Positions 13,250 to 22,690 of a stretch of 64,000 bases of DNA are shown here, in pieces. The notes under the pieces were generated by a model. That model did no database searches. It saw only the letters and a program-made list of their open reading frames with translations, and had not been told where the DNA came from. Where the stretch lies: NCBI GenBank assembly GCA_034780895.1, contig JAUZTB010000027.1:19425324-19489323 (forward strand), in the 5' to 3' direction. The stretch's first letter is position 1. Every line of letters begins with the position of its first letter. Position numbers and translations under genes: made by a program. This stretch comes from Rhynchobatus australiae (Eukaryota).

Positions 13250-13642
13250 TTCTGTGGTAGTGGCTGGATCCTGGCAGAGCACCTGATAGGTCTCATATCC
13301 ATTAAACTGCACTGTTGAGCTCTTACCAGCCCTGATTCTTGCCTTGATGTCCACCATTCCCCCGTCATTTTTCTGGCCTCCCTTCCCCTCCCTCTGGTTT
13401 CCCTCATTGCCATGGCAGCCTGTGTGACTGCCCTGGAGAGTTCACCAGCAGTATTGCCTCACTTCCCGTCAGGGCAACCTGGAGTTCAGGCAGTAGCTGT
13501 TGTGTGTGAGCATGCAGGCTGCCTCCTAATGCCTTTAAACTGGAGAAAACCACAAGATGATTTCTTAAAGTGAGGATGTCCCAATCACACAATTTTTATT
13601 TTAAGCAGCATCCATTTAGTGCACCTGTGGGTAAAATCCAAC
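13250..13642. repeat. Unclassified interspersed repeat, copy B
   Basis: Core gatttcttaaagtgaggatgtcccaat at 13559-13585, with upstream similarity to copy A; boundaries uncertain. Confidence 0.45.
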
Positions 13643-13649
13643 ATCAAGG

Positions 13650-13815
13650 CAGAGATAAAAACGGAAAATGCTGGAATAGAGTTCATCAAAAGCTGAAAGG
13701 TCATCAACCTGAAACAATAATTCTTTTTCTCTCTCTGCACAGATGCTGCCTGAACTGCTGAGTATTTCCACCATTTTCTGTTCTGAATTTCAGATCACCA
13801 ATATTTGCAGCTCTT
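13650..13815 (+). mobile_element. Penelope-derived repeat fragment
   Basis: aaggtcatcaacctgaaac...cacagatgctgcctgaactgctgagtatttcca, same family as 7295-7720. Confidence 0.7.
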
Positions 13816-14050
13816 TTTAACTTTTAAGCAAGGATATATAATTAGTAACACAAGGTGAAGAAGTCANNNNNNNNNNNNNNNNNNNNNNNNNNNNNNNNNN
13901 NNNNNNNNNNNNNNNNNNNNNNNNNNNNNNNNNNNNNNNNNNNNNNNNNNNNNNNNNNNNNNNNNNAACACAAGGTGAAGAAGGCAGAAAAGAAGCCACT
14001 TTTTCAGCTTAGTCTATACCATGTTATGGTGCAATCTGCTCATACTGTGT

Positions 14051-14052
<2 letters not shown>

Positions 14053-14098
<46 letters not shown>

Positions 14099-14108
14099 AC
14101 TCTCTCTC
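14053..14108. repeat. (TC)n microsatellite
   Basis: Direct reading. Confidence 0.95.
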
Positions 14109-14212
14109 AATAAAAATAAATATATGTTTGAAAATTTCAGGTAAACTCTGGAAATTCTGGCTCCCAGATGCAATCAGTAAACTCCAGAGATTATGAGATT
14201 ATGATTTCTTGT

Positions 14213-14520
14213 ATTAATTCATAGAACGTGGCCACCCCTCACAAAGAGAATATATTGGCCATCTCTAATTACCCTTGAGATGGTCAGCAGTCCTTATGTG
14301 AAGATATTTCCACAGTGCTATTGGTAGAGAGTTCCAGTATTCAGATATTCAAACCCAACAACAATGGCAGGAAGGTAATATATTTCTATGTCAGGAAGGA
14401 GAACTGGCAGATGGTGTTCCCATGCATCTGCTGCCCTTGTCCTTCTAGGTGGTGAGGTTGCGGGTTGAGGAGGTGCTGTCAGAAACTGTGGAAAATAGTT
14501 AGTACATATTGCAATGACAG
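14213..14520 (-). mobile_element. 3' fragment of the LINE family seen at 34860-36185
   Basis: Reverse complement matches that element's 3' part (gatgcatgggaacacc; caagggtaattagagatgg tail). Confidence 0.7.
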
Positions 14521-14794
14521 AAGGAATTAATATTTCATATAATAACCTGTGTGGCGCTTGCTGTTTAGGGGATCTTACTCATTCAAGTACTAATGTATAT
14601 CCATTCCTATAAATTGGAAACTTTAAGGAAAGTGCAACAAAACAATTTCCATTAACTGATCAATATAAAAGCTCATTCAGCATTACATTATGACATCTGT
14701 GCCCAATTACACCATCTTCTTGCCCAACCCATTATTTCCATTGACACCCTTTCCTGACTCTTTTTGTTGAGCATCCTAACTAGACTAGTCTCTT

Positions 14795-15390
14795 AAATAC
14801 CGTAGCTGCAGGAGTCAGGACAGAGGCAAAATATTCTGTGGTAAATGACCTGCCTTTTGGCTCCTCAAAGCCAGTCCACCATCTGCAAAGGTACAAGTCA
14901 GGAGTGTGATGGAGTACTCTCTCCTTGGCTGGATGAGGGCAATTCCAAGGATACCCAAAAAATACCTGGATGAAGCAGTCCTTTTCATTATCATTCAAAC
15001 CATCAACTGAAATATTCACTCCCTCCACGAATTGTGCACCATGTGAGCAAAGTGTGCTTTCCATTCCTGGTGAGCAGAACTCGCCTAGTGTTTTTTGACA
15101 GGAAGTCTGTCCAATGACCTTTCCCAATTAGAGAGGTGAGTCACAGGAATGCCACAATCTGCAGATTCCCCTTCAAGTCGCACACCACCCTGGGCTGGGC
15201 ACTTATCACTGCTCCTTCTTTGTCACTGGATAAAATACTCAGACTAACTATACTACAGCACTGTTGAATACCCACACCACAGCTACTGCAGTAATTCAAG
15301 AGCATCTATCACCATCTCAAGATCAGTTATTGATAGCAGTCTGTTCTGGCCTTGTCAGTTTTGACCACATTCTATGAATAAAAAAAAGAA
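14795..15390 (+). mobile_element. 3' fragment of the LINE family seen at 34860-36185
   Basis: caagtcaggagtgtgatggagtactctc (QVRSVMEYS) parallels 35690-35720; ends ggccttgtcag...gaataaaaaaaa. Confidence 0.75.
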
Positions 15391-16192
15391 ATGTTTTATA
15401 TATACTTGCTTCTTTGAACTTTAGAGTCCTTTTATAGTGTTATTATATCTTCATGTGTCCCATCCTTCATACTTTAGAAAGCTGATGAGGATTTCCATCT
15501 GTTTAAACAGAATACCAGTACATAATTAGAGTGTCTTTTAAGTTGTATGGTTGCACTTTAAAGAAAGGATGCACCCATAAGCAGAATCAAACTTTTCCTA
15601 TACAGAGGAAGAATGGGAACTGATCAATGTATATAACAAACTTGGATAAAAGACTTTTAATGCCTTAATAGGACAATCATAGTTCTGCATTGAATCTAGT
15701 ATATGCGGAAAAAGCCCCTTTGTAAATAATTGCTCTATGAGGAAGCTGATTTATTTGAACTCTGATATTTAATTGAATGGTACTTAAGACACTATCTGCC
15801 TCCCATTTGCCACTACGTTCTTTAACAAATGGCAAAACTGAACCAGTAAATATGGGCTGACTTTGGAAACTCCTCTTCAAAGTGTAATCAGTTAAAAATC
15901 TATTCTGGGGCTCTTCCTGATCTAAGTACTTTTTTGCAGCATTGAGACTTGAAATGTAGGACCTGGCAACTGAAATCTCCTCCACATCTACTACGAATTC
16001 AGAGAGGGACCTTAGCTGAGTCAAATCGAAGGTAGGATTGGTGTAACTTTTCCATATCCACCTTTAGATTGATGGGATAAAACACCTAAAGGAGCACAAG
16101 ATCTGTGAGGTTTTCAACAATGGGATGTGTCATCATTGTGTGTGTTAGGCAGTGAAGTGATTCTCTTTAATGTGCACAAACTTAATCTCTAG

Positions 16193-16285
16193 GACATTTG
16201 TAAGTGTCCATTTAACAGCAAAACCATACGGCATATCTACACCTTTTCCATTAGTTGAAGGCTCCGTACGGTGCAGGTTGCAGTG
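16193..16285 (+). other. Candidate alternative exon (93 nt, symmetric phase 2) with an internal donor after 16199 and an internal acceptor before 16219
   Basis: cttaatctctag|G acceptor and GTG|gtatgg donor; open frame TFVSVHLTAKPYGISTPFPLVEGSVRCRLQ; several CpGs in a CpG-poor background; protein not recognised. Confidence 0.3.
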
Positions 16286-16357
16286 GTATGGTTAACTGCA
16301 GAAGTTTTAGGCATATTTAATCATTTTAAAATCCTTTATCTCCTTGCTAATCTTCAG

Positions 16358-16376
16358 TGTACTTGATCCTTAACCA
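16358..16376 (+). other. Candidate 19-nt microexon
   Basis: cctttatctccttgctaatcttcag|TGTACTTGATCCTTAACCA|gtgagt. Confidence 0.3.
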
Positions 16377-16568
16377 GTGAGTATTGTTTAAGGTGTCCCG
16401 ACAGAGTCAATTAGTTCTGGTGGTTCCCTTTCTACATTTTAGTGTCACTTACTAAAATATGCATTATTTAATTTTTTTAATTGAAGTCATAAATGTCCAA
16501 CTGAGTATTGTTTGCTTGCTTGTGAAATTGTTCTTATCTAAATGGCTGGGGATCATTTTAATGCACTT

Positions 16569-16638
16569 TGCTATCAGATTGAGTTAAATTCTGTACAATT
16601 TTTGTTGTCCAGTACACAAATAATTCAACCTGATAGCA
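16569..16638. other. ~70-nt imperfect hairpin (inverted repeat)
   Basis: tgctatcagattgagtta pairs with taattcaacctgatagca (one A-C mismatch, one G-U pair), plus inner tgtac/gtaca. Confidence 0.7.
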
Positions 16639-19379
16639 GTCTGTAGTTCAAACACAGCCAAGAAACTGAGGTGACTGATTTTTCTATTTGATTTCTTCAA
16701 TCCCTTACCTTGTCTAATACAGAGAGGTGCCAAACCACATTCCAAACTTAGTCACTTCTAGTGTTGTTAGTCATATTAGAGTTTTCATTATTAGTCATAT
16801 GCTGTTTGTTTTGCAAATATATTCTTCCAGTACAGTGAGACTTCACTTTTCAAGCCACTCCAGGGATTTCATTGCATCCTGGATGAACTGGCTGCTGTAT
16901 TGCATCATTCAACCAGTGTTTATTAGGACAATGTATCCTGTGCAAAGTGAAGATACAGACATATTGGGAAACTATATCAAAATTTTAATAACATATCAGC
17001 CCATCACCAACTTCTGGTCCTTTTGGACTGAATCAAGTAAAAATCAGAGTACAAGAAAAATTGGACTATAATCACCCTGCAGTAACCTGCCATTTTCTCG
17101 AAGTGTCTTTTAGCATTTTTGAAATTCTATTAATGTAAGGAACTATGAAAAAGATTTGTGAATCATTGATAAACTATGAGTCGTACTGCACCAAGTACAA
17201 TAAAGAGCCAGGATCTTCACATGAGCATAGACAATATCACCTTTGTGAAAGTGCACTCCAACTTGTACTGAAGGTTCTTTCCTAGTTCAGCTGCAACTAA
17301 GCTTTTAAACTAACCAACAATTGTGACCTTTGGCACCATGTAATAAGATATCCCAAGAAATATTTGGCTGAAAAGTTGGGTGTTGAGATCTTGCTGTACA
17401 AATTTACAGTTGAGCAGGTGATAAACCCAGTATTGTGAAGGTGTTAACTACAGGATACTGTCCTTGGCTTTCAGTTTCCTTTTTGTTTATTTCTATTAGG
17501 GAAGGACCTTTGTGTGTAACTGAAGCCAATGCAGCACCCTGACAATATAGTATAACAAAAAGCATAAAGAAAAAGGGTGACTTTTAATCCCATGCAGGTA
17601 ACCAAATGCTGCAATCTATTATATTGGGAAAAATAGACTGATAATTATAGGCCTCTTTGTTCCTTCCCCTCTGTGTGTGTGTTTTTTTCTTGCCTCTGGT
17701 CTACCCTATTGTGAATATATACCTTATAATTATTCCCCATTAAGATGATACAAGACATTATTTTCTTCGGTGTGCATGGAATTGGATCCCTTTAATGAAT
17801 GGCTTTTAGAGTCAAGGCCGGAAAAATGCAGGAAACCTGGTCACCCGAGATGAGTGTGGCAAAGCAGGCAGCTCGCAGATCAGAACTAAGCCCCCAGGGA
17901 CAAACTGGTTAGAGGCCACAAAGCTAAATCAGTGGGCTTCAAAGGACTCAGACCTGCTTTATTCAGGCAATCTCACTCTGGTGAACTGCAGTCCTTCAAC
18001 TTGATCTTCTGAATCATTCACATTCATTTCAGGAAATGTAGCTGCTGGCTTTTGTCACTACAAGGTACTGCACCTTGCTGGATAAGAAAAGCAATACTCA
18101 CAAATTTAAATAATTTTGCTGTTTTTTGCTTTCTTTTACTTCCAGATAGGTTTCACCTGGGGCCAGAAAAGCATATTTTGTGGATCCGTGATCATCTGTA
18201 AATAATAGTAATTTTTAAAATGAAAATCCAGCCCACTGTGTCTCAATATATCTCTGCTCTGTTGGTGAATGCTTGGAACAAAATTTTTCACAGGGTAGGC
18301 TCCTGCAGTCAGTCCAGCCTTCTCATAGCAGTACAACAGAGTGGGATGTTTGCTCTGATGGCAAACAAGGGCAGGGCTCAAATTACCTGCAAATTTTAAC
18401 TCTTAGTAGTTGTTTCCTTAACCTGCATGACCCAAGACCTGGCATCAAGTTATCTTCTCACCATCTTTTTTGTGGCTCCTTGTGGCTCGAGTGACATAAG
18501 ATATAGCTATTTCGAAAGTAGTGATAAGTAAGACTCGAGAGGATCTTCCAATTGTCATTACAGCAAGTTTTATTACATTGAATATTTTTATAACGTTCCC
18601 CCCATTAGCCTTGCTTACTTGAATACAGTGGCAGTATCTGACAGATTGTATCCAGTAGACTAGTATTACTTGGTGATTTGGGAACCGTCTGAAATGATGT
18701 AAAAATCTTGTTTCTGGTAGCAACGATTTACTGGTCATCAGGGCCTTTCTACCAAATCCATTGTTGAGCATTTTTTTTACTTTAGTAGAAATACTATAAT
18801 TTTGTTTCTTCAAAATTCAGATCCATTTCGGTGGATCTAAGAGCAGCAATAAAACCTGTTGTATCACTTGTGCAGAATAAGTGATGAGCAGCTTTTACTG
18901 GTAGTCTGATTCAGTATGGAGAGGAGTACAGTCCTTTTGAATTCCACCTGGATTAAGTTGCAGATTGACTTTTAACTACCAAACCTGTTAAAAAGCTCAA
19001 TATTCCATCATCATACATGGAACAGAAATGCATGGGAAAATGAATAATTTTCACTTTAAATGAACAACTTCAGTGTGTTAATTTTTGTTTAAAAAGGTCA
19101 CATTAGTTAATATTTGAATTTACATGATTTTACAGTTTTGTAAGTGGAAAGATCATGGTCCTTGTTGTGTTTCCTATTGTGTTTACAGTATCCTCATTAA
19201 CTTAAATTAGTTTTGTCATGCAAACTTTTTGCACTCAGACTATTTAACCCTAAGGCCGCTAAATAAATGAGACTGAATGAGGTTAGCACAGCAAAAATGT
19301 CACTTTAGGAGTTAAGATAAACTTAGATTATTTCAAGAATAGAGTCAGAGGAAGGAAAATGGTCAGAAGGCAAAATTAA

Positions 19380-21630
19380 ATGTTCTTTATCTGATTTCAA
19401 GCAGCATTCACAACAAGATAGATGAATAATGTCACAGTGGAAATAAATGGGTATGATCTGATAGCAATTGTAGAGATGTGCTTGCAAAGGGATCAACATT
19501 AGAAAGTAAATATTCCAGAATACTTTTAGAAGAGAATGGCCAATAGAAATGGAGATGGGTATCTTGATAATAAAGGATGGGAGAAAGGTAGTAGAGGGAA
19601 AGGATCTCAGATCAAAATCAGTGTAGGTGTCACTAAGAAACAGCAAGGAGCTAAAAACATTGGTGGGAATTGTTTGTAGGTCCCCAAACACATGTAGTAA
19701 TGTAGGGTGCAGTCTAAATCAGGAAATTAGAGGCACATGTAACAAGGGTAATACTATAATCATGAATGATTTCAGTCTATATATAGATTGGGCAAACAAT
19801 TAGCTATAATAGTGTGGAGGACAAATTCACTACTGCATAAAGGATGGTTTTCTTGATCAATATGTTGAGGAAGTAATCAGGAAACAGGCTCAAGTATTTA
19901 CTATCATATCTAGCCAACTCCTGCCTTTCAAAAAGGCTGCTTTTGGTACTGAAGGTGAAGGCCAGTAAAATCTGCTCTTTGCTTGCTCTGCTCAATGAGA
20001 AAGCGTCATTCGTAATGTTATGGTTAAGAAGCCTTTAGGGAAGAGTGATCATAATATGATGGAAGATTAAATAAAGGACAACATTGATTTTGTTCAGTCT
20101 TAAATCCCCTTTGTAGCAAACTACAAAGGCATAAGTCTGTTATGGTAGATTGGGAAACTATATTCAAAGGTATGATAGTAAATGTGGAATGGCTAAAATT
20201 TAATGAATCAATCCAAAGTTTAGAGCAAATACATATCTTTTGATGGACTTTTAAACTGCAAGGGAATCAAGGAGATAGGGAGAGAGACGGAAAGTGGAAT
20301 TGCTGCCAAGATTGGATCGGTTATAACCTTACTGAATGGTAGAGCAGGCTCAAGGTGTCATCTGGCCTACTCCCTCTTCTGTTTCTCATGTTCCTTAAGG
20401 CACAAAAACCCAACAAGAAAAGCTAACTTAAAGCATAGTTGAGAGGATAAAGCTGAAAATGTTGCCAAAAAGAGCCGAGGATCAGCAACATTTAAAAGTT
20501 CATTAGAGGAGGACCAAGAGGCATAGAGAAGATGGAACATGAAAGTAAGCTATTGAGANNNNNNNNNNNNNNNNNNNNNNNNNNNNNNNNNNNNNNNNNN
20601 NNNNNNNNNNNNNNNNNNNNNNNNNNNNNNNNNNNNNNNNNNNNNNNNNNNNNNNNNNNNAAGGGAGGAAGGAAAAGCCAGAGAAATTAAACAAATATTT
20701 TGTATCTGTCTTCATGGAACAAGGTACAGAAAACCTCAGGGAAATACTACAGAACAAAAGGCTAAGAGAGAACGAGGAGCTGAAAAAAAGTAGCACTATG
20801 TGGAAAAAAAAGCATTGGAGAAATTAATAGGCTGAGAGCCAGGAAATGCCTAGTACCTGATGACTTGCAACACAAGCTTTTGTAAGAGGTGACTTTGGAG
20901 ATCGCAGATAATTGTCATCTTCCAACATTCCAAAGGTTCTAGAAAGGTTCCCGCAGATTGGAATGTAACAATATGGCTCCACTATTTAAGAAAGGTAGGA
21001 GAGAGAAAACAGGGAAACTGCACATCAGTTTGCCTGACATCTGTAGTAAGAATCTGTTCCCGTGCTCTACTACTTTATGTTCCATGTTCTAAGGAAAATG
21101 TTAGAATCTATTATTAAGGAAGTGGTAACAGGCCACGTAGAAAATAATGGGCTTGTGCAAAATCAAAATGGATATATGAAAGAGAACTCATGTTTCACAA
21201 ATCTGTAAGAGTTTAGTTTTGAAATTGCAATTGGAATAAATAAGGGGAACTAATGGGTGCAATGCATTTGGACTTTCAGAGGGTTCTTGATAGCAGGTTA
21301 TTAAACAAAATTTGAGTANNNNNNNNNNNNNNNNNNNNNNNNNNNNNNNNNNNNNNNNNNNNNNNNNNNNNNNNNNNNNNNNNNNNNNNNNNNNNNNNNN
21401 NNNNNNNNNNNNNNNNNNNNNNNNNNNNNNNNNNNNNNNNNNNNNNNNNNNNNNNNNNNNNNNNNNNNNNNNNNNNNNNNNNNNNNNNNNNNNNNNNNNN
21501 NTGTCGATAAAATAATGCAAGGTTGCGGTGTGGGTTTTGAGGAGGCTGCAAAGAATCTTCAGGGGATATAGACAGGCTCAGAGGAGAGATTAAGTAGACT
21601 AGACCCATACTCCCCAGAGTTCAAAAGACT
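19380..21630 (+). mobile_element. Decayed CR1 LINE ORF2 (endonuclease to RT) with internal deletions, gaps and nested insertions
   Basis: KLNVLYL..SIHNKIDE, YDLIAIVEMCL, LGKSDHNM, LNKYFVSVF, VPADW, PLFKKGRREK, SCFTNL motifs interrupted by stops and frameshifts. Confidence 0.9.
20240..20395 (+). mobile_element. CR1 3'-end fragment nested inside the larger CR1
   Basis: gggaatcaaggagatagg...gaatggtagagcaggctcaagg...ggcctactcc...catgttcct is a CR1 3' UTR placed in the middle of ORF2. Confidence 0.7.
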
Positions 21631-22049
21631 GAAAAAAGACAATGTTATGTGTCTGAATTTCTAGGCCATTGTGCTGTAGATTCATGCAAAACTCATTCCT
21701 ACAAAAGACCTTTTTAAAGCCAGGCTTTCATTCCATCAGCATAAACCAGAATTAAACCTCTGTTCAAGAAGAAAACTCAGCAGCTGTGTTTCCCCCCCAC
21801 CCCAGAGGCATTGACTCTTTTGTGAACCAATTTTGTGAACATTACCTGCTCTCATCTCAGTCAATTGGTGATTCTCCTATAATACTAAGCACTTAGCATG
21901 GTACTCATGGAGATAGATTGCAATGATTCTGATACCTGGACAAGTACTCTAACAAGGTCAGGATTATAATTGTTAAAAGTAACTGTGAGGGAGAAGTAGA
22001 GTGGTGTGGGTATTAATTTTGCCAAAAGTTTAAAATTACTCCACATATC

Positions 22050-22144
22050 CACATGCATGATGCACATGCACGATGTGTATGCACAATGCACACACATACA
22101 CATGTACACATGTATACACACACACATGTACACCCAGAAACACA
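22050..22144. repeat. Degenerate (CA)n/(CATG)n low-complexity tract
   Basis: Direct reading. Confidence 0.85.
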
Positions 22145-22509
22145 AACTTTCTAGTTTGTAGAATCATAGCATCATGACAGCACAGAAGGAGCCCACGTTT
22201 CTCATCAAATCCACTGTGCTTCCTCAGTGCATTTGCGATGAAGTTATAAGGAACCTTTAATTTTCCATGTACATAGAAAGAAACTTTGCCCCTTTTAATA
22301 TTTTTACGGAACTCAGACTATATAGAAATAGTAATCATTTCTAACTGTGAACCAGCCAAGGTATGTGCGTTTTCCGTAGATATTTATACAAGATACAGTA
22401 GTCCATTTAGTAAGTGGTTTACAGTAAGGTTTTAGTAATTCAAACACACCAACAGGAACAGATGTGGGTCATAGATCCCACCCAGGGAAGATCAGATATT
22501 GTCTATTTA

Positions 22510-22690
22510 TATTTCATCAATTGCATAATGTCATTGGCACGGTGGTCTGGCTCCTTGTTAACTGTTTGTATGTCTTCTAACTTTGACCACTCAGATTGAC
22601 AGATTGTGGGAATTCTTTACCAGCTGTCCACGTCTTGTTTGTTTTTGCAGGAGAGAAGCTCATTTGCTGATTTAATCCCATGTGGAATAA
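22510..22690. promoter_or_regulatory. Candidate enhancer or conserved non-coding element
   Basis: No TE recognised; AGATTGACAG (near PBX-MEIS decamer), TGTGGGAA (RBPJ), CAGCTG E-box, TGTTTGT (Fox), TTGCATAAT. Confidence 0.3.

Noticed and set aside
16221-16640. H/ACA snoRNA reading of the hairpins
   Set aside because: No ANANNA hinge after the first long stem, and the stems are ~275 nt apart
18414-18431. TTCCTTAAC followed by AC (AT-AC intron 3' end); similar TCCTTAAC-ttcag at 38521-38533
   Set aside because: No ATATCCTT donor seen upstream in the window, no recognisable downstream exon, and the spacing at 38521 is too short
18819-18838. 8-bp stem with a TTCG loop; also a 9-bp inverted repeat at 8909-8928
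   Set aside because: Isolated short hairpins at about chance frequency; the UUCG loop lacks the C-G closing pair
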